A stretch of DNA of 64,000 nt from the human T2T-CHM13v2.0 reference genome, Homo sapiens, in the NCBI RefSeq assembly GCF_009914755.1, contig NC_060947.1. One strand, given 5' to 3'. This document shows positions 1 to 16,975 of the stretch, piece by piece. How positions within the stretch are numbered: position 1 is the first letter of the stretch; each line of letters starts with the position of its first letter. Below the pieces are notes generated by a model, which had not been told where the DNA came from, searched no databases, and saw nothing but the letters and a program-made list of their open reading frames with translations. The position numbers and the translations under genes were made by a program.

Positions 1-594
1 AGGGTAGTGCAAGATCAGGCTGCAGCTGTGGGCAGGAGTCAGGCTGTGCAGGATCTTCGTCCTAAGAGCAATAGAGTCATTGGAGGGTTTTGAGAATGGG
101 AAGGACATGGTTAGATTTGTGCTTTTACTCTGGCTACTATGGGGCTGAAAAGGAGATGTGGTGAGAGACAAGGCTGGAGGGAGTGTGGGTCCAGCTATGA
201 AAGGGCTTGAACAACAGGTCAAGAAATTTGACTTAGTTCTGCTGGCATTGGGGACTTATCAAAAGCAGAGGGAGTAAGCTGGGTCCACACATGAAATCAA
301 TTGTAAGAAAGTCTTGTGTGAACTCAACAAATATTATTAATATTTTGTAAACACCATGAAGGGGTAAATGAGAAATAGGTGCCCTGATCTTCACTCTCCA
401 TATTCTGAAATTGGTAGCTGACCTAGAGAACCACTTAACATTCCTGGCCTTCATTTAATGAGAAGTATGATGCTATTTCCCCCAAACACTTAACTCACTG
501 GAGAATATACCAAAAGTATAATTCACTTTTACATAACTCTAATTCCACGGGTATTTATGGAGCCCTTCTATGAGGCTAGTGGCTTGGTTCATAG

Positions 595-1010
595 TAGCAG
601 TTATCTGATGCTGTATAGCAAATTATCCCAAAACTTAGCAGCTTAAGATACAACCACATTTGTGATCTTACAGTTTTTATGGGTCAGAAATTCAGGCATG
701 GCTTGCTGGGTCCTCTGCTTCAGGGTCTTTCATAGGTTGCAATCAAGGTGTGAACCAGGGCTGGGATCTCATTTGAAGGTTGGACTGGGAAGGGATTTGC
801 TCCCTTGCTCATGAGGTTCTTGGCAGAATTTGGTTTCTGGAGACTTATTGAACTGAGAGCCTCGGTTCCTTGCTGGCTGTTGGCTGGAGGCCAATCTTAG
901 TTCCTTGCCCCGTGGGCCTCTCCATTATGGCAGCTTGCTTCATCAGAGTGTGGGAGCCAATGAAACAACAGGGAGACTCTTGACGCTTGCTCGGAGAAAC
1001 TTTACAGTCT
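595..1010 (-). mobile_element. MaLR solo LTR fragment, MLT1 family (MLT1F/G-like)
   Basis: Typical MLT1 antisense motifs: 'caaattatcccaaaacttagcagcttaa', 'tgcaatcaaggtg', 'ttcttggcagaatt', 'ttccttgctggctgttggctggaggcc'. Confidence 0.75.
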
Positions 1011-3843
1011 TCTTGTATGTAAGAAATAATTGGCAAACAAACTATATGACAGACTGTCATTAAATGCCCAAATGTATGATAATCGGCCACAGAGGATTCA
1101 TCGAGCTTGGATGAGGCTGGTTAGTGACACAGGGAGGGGGAAGGCATTCCAGATAACGGGTGTAGTGTGTGCAGTGATGTAGAGACAGGACAAGTATGGT
1201 GTTCAGAGAACAGTAAGGCCAGTGGCCTGGGTGGTGGAGTAGAGTACATGTTTTTGGGTGTAATAAAAAGCAGTTAGAAGCAAACAGCAGATTCCAAGTC
1301 TGTCTTCAAGATTTAAGGGCGAAACAGGGTTGTTTGAGAAAAGAATCATCATCTCTTCAATGATTGTTCCTGTCACTGTCTAAGAGCATGATCACGTGAC
1401 TGGTCCTCAAATGCATACATTTTGATGAACATATATACTTTGACAAGAATTGTGATTTTTAACATTTGCCATGTAATTTTATTTACATAATCATTGCTAC
1501 TTTAAGGATTTTTTTAGCATTCCCCTTTCAGAACAAAATAATTGAGTAGTAGGTCTGCCTTTTCTTACTTTATATTTTTTTGTTCTCAAATATAAGCAGG
1601 GGAGCCTTTTCTTGTTGTTGTATATGATTTCTCTTTGAGGTCAATATTAGAATATCCTTCCCTCATTTCTGATCCCTTAACCCTAAGCAGGCTCACCCCA
1701 CTTTCAATCCACAAGACTGTAAACTAATAAAATAGCTATCATTAATAAATAGTTGAAAATTATGGAGTTGGTGCACTTTATTTGTAGTTCTTTATGGGGA
1801 TTAAAAGTGATTTTGGGAAGTGACTTGCTTTTTCCAGACCCTAGCACAGTGGCACATAGCATCTGATAAATGAACCCAACAGATAACTGACTGAGTGCAA
1901 TACCAATGATTTTTAAATGTGACAAGGAATTTGACTTGGTCTGGTACAATTTTACCCAGTTCCTTCTGTAAAATGAAAAATCAATCCAGATATGGGTTGC
2001 ATTTGTATCATTTAAAACTGCTCTGGGGGATCTCCACCTCCCAGGTAGAGGATCCATACAACAATAAGCCAGTTTATCAAAGATGGGATTTACTGCTCGT
2101 TGTTTTTCTATTAGGGAGGAATTACGCTAAGCCCAGCAGCAGACATTTTGTGTTACCATGGCAGCCCATATTTCCTGCAGGGTTGTGACCCCTAATGACT
2201 ACAGTGGGAAGGCAGGAAAAATAGAGACTCTTTGAAGATTAGTAAATAAATGCATTACTTATGCAAACCATCTCTGAGATGGCCCCACAGTACAAAGGAG
2301 AAATGAGGAAGCTCTTCAGATTGAGCAAATGGTTATATGTAAATACCTACGTTGGAAGAAAACAAATCACCTTTCATCTGATTATTTCTTTAAAAGTCTG
2401 GTTGGTCTGATAATGCAAGTAATATAAACTGGACTTCATACTGAGAAAATAGTATTATTGTGCATGAAAATACAAACAGATGTTGATGTTTTTCTTTCAC
2501 TCCCAACAGCTATTTATTTCCCCCATTGACTCTTTGGATATAATATGGCTCCTGAAATGATTTTGCAATGTTTCTCGATGGATTACAGACAGGAAAAAGT
2601 ACTGAGCATACTCAACTTTATGTAAGCATTGGGCATGCAGTCCACCTTTTCTTGTTGGAAGCGGTTCAGTATTGTTTGCAATTGACTTGATTTCTCTTAA
2701 TTGACCCACTCCATTTTTGACAGACAATCAAACGTTGATTTGGGTCTACTAGTTGTAAGGTATTTTCTCAGTACGTATTTCTCTTGACATCTCATCTGCA
2801 TTTATCCATACAAGAAATATTTACGTTTCTTGAGTATCTACTATACTATTACTGTTCAAGACATTGTTCAGGTGAAACTGGTTCTAAACTTGTATTATTT
2901 GGGTAGATCAAATACAAATGGATCGCATTTTCTTGCTATATCTCTATTGCTCTTTAAAAGAGTTTTATTGAGACCCAAGAGGGGAAAAATATGATATAAA
3001 GTGGATTTGCCACACATCCAGTTTATGTCATATTCTTTCACCATGTATTTATACAAGATATAAATTGATATTTATATAAAATAAATATTTTATATATTTC
3101 TTTTTACCATGTATCTATATAAGAAACATTTACTTATTGGGAAGCTATTATGTGCTAGGCAGAACTCCAGCCATTGGGGATAGAGTTGTGGACAAGACAG
3201 CCTTTGCCCTGAAGGCTGACACAGTATAGCTATAGTTCCATTGGCTCACTTGGACTTGGAAGTTTGCCCTGCTGGTGTTCTAGCAATCAGAAAGGGCAGC
3301 ATTTGGGAGAGTGTTTCCAGTGTATGGTTCATTTGTGCTGACCCATCAGTTCCCTCACCTGGTTCTCCTTGCATCAAGGGCGTGAATCCAGGCTAGGCAA
3401 TGTTCACTTCCTTTTTATTACCCAGTCCTACTGTAATATTTTTTACTGTGTCTTCCGTGCATTCTTGCCAGTCAGGAAGATTTTTCAGCTCTTTACACTC
3501 CATAGCGGATATTTTTTAAATCATAGGAATATTGTTATTTTATTCCACACATTATCTCTGTTGCCTTCTTCAGAGATTCTAATCCATCCTTTCTTTGTGC
3601 TCCAATACTGCCCCCCTCCCACTTCAAAATATTGAGACTTACTGGGAAAGCCGGTCTAGGTTCACAAACCAGCCCCCTTAGGTGTCCATTCTTCAATTTT
3701 GGTTTTAATTGCTTTTAGCAGATCTAAAAGGAATCTGCTGGATGCATCAGCCAGTATTTAAAGTACCTTGGCCAAAGGTGCTAAATAAAATTTTAAATGT
3801 TACCACTCTAAGAGGCAGCATTTAACATGAAGCAGATATATGA

Positions 3844-4233
<390 letters not shown>

Positions 4234-6074
4234 TAAAGTTATGAGGTTTCAGTTGGAACAATCAGTTCTTTGAATGAGCAAATCTATTCATACCAATTCT
4301 TTCTCCACCTCATCCCCAGGGGATGCAGGAGAAGAGAAGGAAGTTGAGACTAGACAAGACCATAGTGGGAGGGGAGTGTCTTGGAAAATGGGAGGGGTCG
4401 ATTGGGCTGAACACTACTGAGAACTGGTATTGTGTCTCCATGCTAACCAGCTGAAGGGTGGCAAACCTTGACTTGGATGACTTAGCTGCAGTTCATTGTG
4501 CTTGTAGATATCATTATGGCTATCTATCTCTTGGCCTCTGAAGTAGCTTCCTACTGTCTAGCTGTAAGGCTGATAAACCCTTCTATTTATCAAGTGAGGG
4601 CCCAACAGACCATAACTCTGTTCCTATCTTTCAGAGACAGCAAATTAGCATCATAAGTCATGGTGCAAATATTTATGAAAGTGTTTTCCAACTTTAAGAC
4701 TCTTTGATTCTATGATAAACTCTTTGACAGCAGTTTTTAGAAGAACTCACTTAATATTATGTCCCTTCTTGCCTTCTGGCTTCCCATAAAATAATTCCAC
4801 AGAACCTTTCAGACCACAGCCTGAGAAGTAGCAGAGGGCATTTTTCTCTTCCCCTTTGCAAATTCTCTGAGATGACTAGGCTTAATTGCTCAGCAGCTGC
4901 GCAGCTGTCAAACACAGGGTTTGGAAAGTGCCAGGGATTGGCACCAGGGAGTGGGCATATGGAGGGACATATGCCAACAAGAGGAATGTTGTTGCCTCCA
5001 CCTTGCTGCTACCTGTACCCTCCAGGTTCCAGGCAACTTTCCCAGACATACCAGTGAGGCTTGAAACCAGAGAAGTGGAATTGTTGAATGTGGGTTTTCC
5101 TAGCCTGTAAAAGGAAATGGAGGAGGGGTACCCCACCTTCTGCACGTGCCAATGTGTTTGCCTATGGAACCTGAGGTTGGTATCACTCTTGCCTGTAGCT
5201 GTGACATCACATAGAACCAGGATGAGGCTTCAAATTTGTTACTGCCTCAGAAGTGAAGTATTAGCTGGAGGAGATAATGAGGAAATGAGTGAATACCCTT
5301 AGTGACCCACAGATTATAGAGAAAAATCTTTCAAAATTATATACGGATGGACTTGTGAGTAGCCTCCTTCAGTTGGACTGGAAGAGCTCATAATGGAAAA
5401 TAGACTTTAACAATATTTGTAGCATTCAAGAATTACTTTGCCGGCAGTCTCCATGACAAGCCTGCTGGTAGAATCCGATGGCAATTCTAGGGGGAGGAAA
5501 GAAAAATAGAGCTGTTGAAAGAAACTGGGGCTCAGAAAATGTAAGGAGACTGGAGAGGTGACAGGATGATTGATGTAGCATGTGGAGCTACGTAGGGGCT
5601 CCCAGGAGAGGATTCCATTAACTGACCAGGGGTAAGTTAGCTGGCAAAGGCCTGAAATCGAGGAGCAGTTGTGAGGGGATATTTCTCTGGCTGGCCACTG
5701 GGGCCCAGGGCAGAGCTCTTTGGAAGTAATTCAGAGGAGGACACAGTCACTGGATCAGGTCTGAAGTGGCTGGGGCTGAGACAGGTTTGCTTTACGTAAG
5801 ATCAAATTTTACTTTCTGACTACGGATGTAAACATGCTGATAGTAGGAATTTTAGGAAATACAGAATATTAAGCAGAAACTAAAAATAACTCATAGTACT
5901 ACTACTCAGACATAACCACTATTGATATTTGAAGTACATCCTTCTGGATGTTTTACTCCAAGCCCATATATAGAGAGAGTTCTTTACAAATTTAGAATTA
6001 GTATGTTTTACAACCTGTTTTTACCCCTCACATACTAACATGTTGTGATTGTTCTCCACCTCTTCACCTGCCCG

Positions 6075-6330
6075 AATCCTACTTACCTTTAAGGGCCTAA
6101 CCTAAGCCTTGTTCCCTCACAGCAATTTTCTCTGAACTCTAAGCAAGGTGTTATCCTCACTCTGTGGGCTCCCGTGGCACTGTGTTCCTGCCATTTGACA
6201 GCACTCATCACACTTGTTCATTTCTTATCTCTTCTATGTGAGTACAAGTGTGTCTGCATCACTGCTATATCCCTAGAGTCTAGCACATAATGGGCAAAAT
6301 TAAAAAAAAAGTTTGTTACATACGTGAATG
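6075..6330 (+). mobile_element. L2 3' end fragment
   Basis: 'cactcatcacacttg...catcactgctatatccctagagtctagcacataatggg...gtttgttacatacgtgaatg' resembles the L2 3' terminus. Confidence 0.6.
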
Positions 6331-7214
6331 AGAGCACTTCTGATCTGTAACATGGTGGACCTATAATTCAGGGCCAATAAGAATGAATTACGGAATCCCA
6401 AATGTGGGTTCTATGCTATGATTAAGGAGAAGAAGCAATAAAGAGAGCTGGAGTGCCTGACTAATGGATGGTTTCTCTGTGCCATGCTGGCTTCACTTAC
6501 AAGGCTATGCACCCACAATTAGCTCCATCTGAATATGGTTTGAATCCTAAAGGCTCCTTACTTTGCAGTCAAGTCACTCCTATTCTCCACTGGCTGATGA
6601 ACCTGTGATGTGGGGAGACGGTTCCAGAATCATGATGCTGGAGTGAGGGAAATGTTATGGTCCAGAGGCCATTGTGATACAGGAGGGTTTCATTTTCCCT
6701 TTCCTGTCCCCTTAGGTGGTAGTGGTGGTGGGAGGAGTGGTAAAGTGTACCAAGAGTGAAAGCAGTGGGAGAGGCCTGGACACATGCATTCAGCAGGCTT
6801 TGTTCCAGCGTGGAGGTGATGCGAAAAAGCATTCAATGGGTCTTTAAGTCCTAAGGTAAGGAGCTGCTATGCACAGTCTGAAAGAAGCACGTCCAGTTGC
6901 TGAGAGGACCCCTGCAGCTCAAGTGCTTGCTGGAATGATAGCAAACTTCATAGAGTAAGATTTTGAGCTATCTCAGGAAAGTGAGACTGCGAGACCCAGT
7001 TCTTTGCTCATAGCAGCAGCGCTACTCTATATTTATATAAATAATCTAGTCCCAGCAAGTTTCTTCTCATGCTTTTGATGAATCTGGAGAATAATAGACA
7101 TCTACTTTTGACCATAATTTCATTGAGAATAGTTTTTCTTAAAGTCCAATAGAGTTTCACATTCAATTTCTGTTATTAGTATTTAGTTCATATATCAATG
7201 AAGTCAATGACATT

Positions 7215-7691
7215 TGTTAAAGCATGGTAAGGAAGACTTTATTTTAGGACCACCATGATAGGTATAGGGATCACTGCAATGGGCTATTGCAGTAGGTGAG
7301 AGAAATTGGGCTCAACTCTGAATATAGCCTGGGTAAGTGGAAACTTGTAGTTAAAGAGTAGGATGGGGGTCAGTGGATTAAAAAATTACAAAAACAAACA
7401 AACAAAAAACCAACATCCGGGGAAGGGGGTTTCTGGCTGAACAGACCTAACAGGACATTTGCTGAAGACAGGCCAGGGTGATCAGACATCCCCTGGGTGA
7501 TGGTGGGTGATGAGGAATCCAATCAGATATTGAGGGTGATCAGACATCAACGGGGAGGGAGGGGTATTCTTACTAAACTGCCTTATCAGTGTTCATTACT
7601 AAAACTGGATTTTACCAGAAAGTGCACAGATGAGCCAAGGACAATATTCAGGAACCCAACTATAGTTTGGTCAAGCAAAGAATCCTTGTCA
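7215..7691 (-). mobile_element. ERV1 solo LTR, MER31-like
   Basis: Reverse complement begins TGACAAGGATTCTTTGCTTGACCAAACT, ends ...AACA, and carries the repeated 'gggtgatcagacatc' motif characteristic of MER31. Confidence 0.8.
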
Positions 7692-7859
7692 ATATCTGAT
7701 AAGAAGAAAGAATTGTAAAGTGGAACTCCTAAGTGTTTGATTATCTCAGACGACTCTTCCCTGGCATTTAAAGACCAGCAATCTTTGCAGAAGTAGCAAA
7801 GCACCTTTAGCCTCCAAGCAGTATGTGTTTCTTGTACATTTCTACAGTTGATTGCCTCT

Positions 7860-8030
7860 TTTATTTTTTTCCTTAGAGACAGTGTCTCGTTCTGTCACCC
7901 AGGCTGGAGTACAGTGGCATGATCACAGTTCACTGCAACCTTGAACTCCTGGGCTCAAGTGATTATCCTGCCTCAGCCTCCTGATTGGCTAGGACTACAG
8001 GCATGTGTCACCACGCCTGGCTAATTTTCT
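7860..8030 (-). mobile_element. Alu right monomer (AluJ/FRAM-like)
   Basis: Single Alu arm 'gagacagtgtctcg...cacccaggctggagtacagtggc...ccacgcctggctaatttt'. Confidence 0.88.
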
Positions 8031-8294
8031 TTTAATTTCATATAGTAACTGCTTTTCTTGTTTTCATGTTTTCAACCAAGTTTAGGACTATACTGAAATG
8101 TCCTGTAAATCTTGAATATAATTGCATTTAGAATTCTTTCTACAAAGATTAACTTTTCTAAGGTCTACCACATATTACTTCATCCATTTAACATCCTACC
8201 ATGTATAAGCCATGTGCTAGGAGCACAGTGACAGGTGCAGGAAGCAGAGGTTGTGAGGGCTTTATGTTGAAACTCTTCTGCTTGGGTTTTAGCG

Positions 8295-8878
<584 letters not shown>

Positions 8879-8964
8879 TTACATTTTCAAAATGACCTCT
8901 AGGGGGCATTGATGATGCCCTGAGAACTATGGCTCAGCCCACTGATCTTGCTTCTTTATGCAAA

Positions 8965-9691
<727 letters not shown>

Positions 9692-9724
9692 GAAAGTATG
9701 TCTGATTATCAACTACTTCCCCTC

Positions 9725-10033
9725 TTTTTTTTTTTTTTTTTTTGACGGAGACTCGCTCTGTTTGCCCAGGCTGGAGTGCAGTGGTGCATCTCGGCTCACT
9801 GTAAGTTCCGCCTCCTGGGTTCATGCCATTCTCCTGCCTCAGCCTCCCAAGTAGCTAGGAATACAGGCGCACACCACCATGCCGGGCTAATTTTTTGTTT
9901 TTTTTTGTATCTTTAGTAGAGATGGGGTTTCACCGTGTTAGCCAGGATGGTCTCGATCTGCTGACCTCGTGATCCGCCCGCCTTGGCCTCCCAAAGTGCT
10001 GGGATTACAGGCTTGAGCCACCTCACCCAGCCT
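9725..10033 (-). mobile_element. AluY SINE
   Basis: Poly-T followed by antisense Alu with Y diagnostics ('gttagccaggatggtctcgatct', 'gacctcgtgatccgccc'). Confidence 0.95.
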
Positions 10034-10687
10034 TTTGTGCACTCCCATGCAAGTCTGCCACATAAAGGTCATCACTATTATGTGTTATGTGTGGCAGCAA
10101 TGAGGTTGGTAACAGTTGTCTTCTCTGGCTTTTCTTATTATGAACAGGTACCTAAGCATCCAAATGCAGTCAGCTTGCTAACTAGCCTGTTGCTTGTCCA
10201 TGCCATACGTGTATTTGTCTTTTCCTTCTGTTTCCATCAAGGGCAAGCATTTGAATGTCACACAAAATGATGTTACTGCACTGCTTAGGGTTTTTTTTTT
10301 TTTCTTTTTCCTGGACAGGCTAAACCTTGTCCCTATGGTTTTAAGTAACTTTTGATGTACTTAGTAGTTCAACAAACTAAACAAAGTGATGTGCTGGTGT
10401 CAGATCTTCCATGTGGGAGAGGGGGTGTCAGCCAAGTGCGGTGATTAGATCCCAAAGAAAGGGGCTTGGTGAAGTAAGGGGAAGGGGCTACCCAGAGTGG
10501 CAAGAGAGAAGCCAGGGTATGAATGCAAATTACATACAGAAGCAAGCACCAGGGATCAAGAGAAACATAACCTTTTATTTGGTGAAAAGGGCAAATGGTG
10601 AAAGAGGAAATGAGAAAGAAACATACAAGGTTGGGAGTTGGACCAACACAGAAATAGAATGGTTGTTCAAGAGTGACTTAGAGCAAC

Positions 10688-10995
10688 TTCTGCCTGGAAG
10701 ACTCTTCCTTCAGGGAGCCACATAGCTTGGCCCTTCATTTCCTTCAGGTCTCGGTTTAAATGTCATCTCATCAGCTGGATCACCCCTGAATAAAATGGGA
10801 CTTCTTCACCATCATGCTATGTTTCCCTTAACCTGCCTCTTCTTCTTTATAGCATTCTTACCATCTGACATTATATATTTATATTGCTATTTGTTTATTT
10901 TCTGTCTCCTGACCCACCCCACTTCCCAACTAGAATGTCAGAACTGTGGTCTGCACACAATATTCACTTAGTAAATATTTGTTGAATGAATGAAA
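10688..10995 (+). mobile_element. L2a 3' end
   Basis: 'ttccttcaggtctcggtttaaatgtc...taaatatttgttgaatgaatgaa' terminal repeat. Confidence 0.85.
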
Positions 10996-11534
10996 GAACA
11001 AAGGTACTGAGGCATGACTGACCACAGTACATTTTGATCTTGGCACTTCCAACAGAACTCTGCTTGGTGTCTTGTGGGAAAATGGTAATACCCTAATTCC
11101 TCTACCCTAATGGGCTGTGAAAGCATCCAGAGAAAAACATGGGAATAAAAACATTTGGAAAAGGATGACCTCTGACTTTAATTATAAGAGTAATCAGTAG
11201 AAATATTAATGGTAATGATTACTTTTTCTAAATGTATGTCTTTGTTCTCTTTCTTTCCTCTTTCATTCTAAGATAGATTGAAAAATCTCAGAAGACAGTT
11301 ACCAAAAGTAGCCCCTTGCCCCCAAATATTTCTGTGGCCTTGACCAGTGGTTCAGGATCAGAAACCCTGCAGAATTAAGAAATTATAGTCCAGATCGAAT
11401 TTTGCTGGACACCTAGTTTCTGCTCTGTTAGGAATTCATTTGGCTGTCAGGAGAGTTTATTAATAAATTCAGGTTTTCTTTATGATCCCAGGATGACAAT
11501 ACCAACCATGAAATAGTTACAGTAAATGCTACCC

Positions 11535-11695
11535 TATTTATTGAACAATTGTTACGTACCATGTACTGTGCTGTTCTCACAACCACCCTACAAAGTAGCT
11601 GTTATTATCATCCCCATTTTGCAGAGGAGCAAATTGAGACCCAGGTAGGTTACTTCATTTGTTCAGGATCACAAAGGTGGTAAGAGACAGAGACC
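11535..11695 (-). mobile_element. MIR SINE
   Basis: MIR core 'ccccattttgcagaggagcaaattgagacccag'. Confidence 0.75.
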
Positions 11696-12115
11696 ATGAT
11701 TTTTCTGTGGCATTTTGCTATCAGTGGAAAGGGTAAGAGCAAATGAAAAAGCTGTCCTACTCCCAACACCTCTGCCAGCCTAGATCTAGAATGAAGACTG
11801 TTATACAACCTGACACCTCTAAAGAGACACCCTGCACGGTCCACCCTACAGAAATGTAAGCACACTTTATAACCACCAACGTTGGCTAGGGGGCTAGGGG
11901 CATCCATGGGCTCAAAACCAAATATCCTCCCCCAAATCTTTCTTATCTCTCTGCCTTATCGTAACAAGGAAACAAAAAGAGTTGGGAAGACTGACTTATC
12001 TGCATGGATACTTCCTAAACAACTGTGTATTGTCTCCTGCTCCTAAGTTATTCCAGCAAATGGATTTTGGTTGTTTTCAAATGTAACTTTCTGCTGTGTG
12101 TCACTGTTATTTGTA

Positions 12116-12195
12116 TTAGGTTGGTGCAAAAGTAATTGCGGTTTTTGCCATTGACAGTAGTGGCAAAACCCACAATTAGTTTTGCATCAACCTAA
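12116..12195. mobile_element. MADE1 (Hsmar1-derived MITE), 80-bp palindrome
   Basis: ttaggttggtgcaaaagtaattgcggtttttgcca...tggcaaaacccacaattagttttgcatcaacctaa, with TA on the left flank. Confidence 0.96.
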
Positions 12196-12679
12196 TGTAT
12201 ACGTATCCTATATCCCCTACTCAGTTGAAGCTCCTAAAGGACATGGATCAAGTCTTAGTCATCTTGTATCCTCCTCCTTTGACCTTCAAACCAGACTCGT
12301 TATCCCATACCCAATGGAGCCTTATACATCCCACTAGACAGTCCCCAGAGTTCCAAACAGTGCCTAGCATGCAATAGGCACTCAATGCATACTTCTGTGC
12401 TTGCTGTATCTTGGTCCTCTTTGCAGCGAAACACTAAACCTTTCACTTTGTTTTTGCCCTTACTCATTCACCCATTCATTCATTCTTTTATACAACTATC
12501 TCCTCCCTTGGGGTTCAGAGAGAGTAGAAATTTCTCTTTCTCAGTTTTCTCTAGTCTCATTCTTGTAGTCTGAGCTCTGTGTATGCACAGGTCCACTGCT
12601 TAGCATTATCAGTGTTTCCTGGGGATGAAAGCCCTCCCCCAAAGGGCGGGACCTCCAGGTGGGGACAGCAATGATACCT

Positions 12680-12880
12680 GACATTTGAATTGCTATTATC
12701 AGTTTTCTAAGTACTTTTTTACCCCTCTTGTTTGCACAACATCCCTATGAATTATGCAGATATTATAAGAATTCTCATTTTATAGATGAACAAATAATCT
12801 TGGTGAATTTTAATAATTTCTCCAAGGTCACACAGCAAGGTAAGTGGCAGAACTGAGATTCAAGTCTGGATTTTTGGATG
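12680..12880 (-). mobile_element. MIR SINE
   Basis: 'ctcattttatagatgaac...ccaaggtcacacagcaaggtaagtggcagaactgagattcaa'. Confidence 0.75.
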
Positions 12881-13474
12881 TATAGTTCAGAAGATGCTTT
12901 TTCTGAGGCATGTTGGGGGAACAGAAGACCCTGGGGATAATTTTGCCTCCACACCCAAATCTAGCTTGCCACACTCCATTACCTCACAGGAGTGAATAAA
13001 TGAGAAGAACAGTTTCACTCTTCATTAGACCTCTGTTAGGCAGTGTCCAGTTTGTTTATTAGCTATAATTAGGATACTGTTTCAAATTTCCCATGTAGAG
13101 ATGTACTTATATTCTCACCATGAATCTTACCTGAGACCAGCCTATGTGGACCACAATCCAGTCAGAGAGCCATCGCACTGGAACAGACTACAAGGGGCAT
13201 CTGGCATTTGTTAAATGCCAAACCCATGCTTTCTCAGACACCCACTCCTTCCATTCTAAGCTTCTTTTTTTTTTTTCTATTTGAAAATGGCCAATATCGT
13301 CAACATTCTGAAGTTCATTCCTATTCACTCCTGTTGGCAGTGTGTGCTATACTCAGCCTGTGTTGATCAAAGTAGGTCCCAGTCACAACTAAATTGACTT
13401 TGTTTCAGCTCGCCTCAACACACCTTCACAGCAGTCCCTGTGAAAAGTTGAGCATCAAAATCCTGCTTCCTGAA

Positions 13475-15444
<1,970 letters not shown>

Positions 15445-16227
15445 GTCCTAGTTCCATCTTTATGCAACACTGTCACCAACAGGGCCTCTCTCCAAGCACC
15501 AAGAAGTTTGGTGGTCCAGCAGGGGTCACATGAGTAGCTCTGCTTTCTTGGCCTTTCATATTTTGTTAATGGGCTTAGAGGATTCTTCATGATCTGAGTT
15601 TCTAGCCGGCAAGTATCTTTGATTCAGGGACTGAATTCAATCATCACCGCCCTGTGTGCATAAATGATGGTGCTGAATCATCCAGATGGAACATGTCATA
15701 CTCTAAGTGCAAGTGTATCTCTCCCAGACTCACACATCACAGGTACCTATGAGTAGCACAGCAAAGCCCCCATCCCCTTCTTCTGAAAACAGCTTTCAGG
15801 ATTTGAAGTTGTCTCTCAGAAGACTCACTTTGCTACCTCTTTGGAGTTCGTGGGCTTGGGGGTGTCTTCCCTTTTTTGGAATCAGGGTAGAGAACATTCT
15901 GTCCTCAACTATAAGGTCTCAGCTGAGCCTTCTTATGTCAGTGGAATCAGAGGTTCGCAAATGATCCTAATGTGTTGAAGATGAGAAACTGGATCTCAGC
16001 TTCAGTGAAGAATAATGTTTATTACATACTAAAGAGCACTAGAAGAGATGGCAGCTAATACAGAAGTTGTGTGAACATGTGCGTCATTAAAAATTGTAAT
16101 TAAGCCAATTCCCTGAGGACCCATAACGAAACCTAGGGAAGTTGTTTGTGGGAGGGTTGGGTTAGAATTCCACATTGCAAAGAGATCTGTGGCAGCATCT
16201 GAAATGCAGCCGAAACACTGGTGTTGA

Positions 16228-16642
<415 letters not shown>

Positions 16643-16769
16643 TAGGAAGTTCTCAGGAAGTTGCTGAAAGGGAGTGCAAATGTGCTTGGGGATCCCAGAA
16701 GTAATTTTCAAGGAACACAAAACAAATGGTGATGTTGACTGTTATTTTACTGTAAACAAAATTTTCATG

Positions 16770-16975
16770 GAGTGTTTACCATGAGCAGACACTATGTGGA
16801 GCTCTTTATGGAAATTATCTAGCTTAATTTTCAAATCCCTAACAGATAAGTGTTGGCATTAGCTCAAATTTACAGACGCAGAAACTGAGACTCTGAAAAA
16901 GAATAAGCCACCTGCTCATGGCTACACCACTCATAAATTACAGACCTGGGAATCAAATTCAGGACCGCTGACTCC
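16770..16975 (-). mobile_element. MIR SINE
   Basis: 'tttacagacgcagaaactgagactctga' core. Confidence 0.7.

Noticed and set aside
3033-3124. ~26-bp imperfect direct repeat (ttc..accatgtat.tata.aaga) around an AT-rich spacer
   Set aside because: Short, degenerate and AT-rich, with no poly(A) or endonuclease signature; most likely ordinary slippage.
5320-5365. Possible retroviral RNase H 'YTDG' remnant (aaattatatacggatgga)
   Set aside because: Only four residues match and I cannot extend similarity on either side; it would need a Dfam or tblastn hit.
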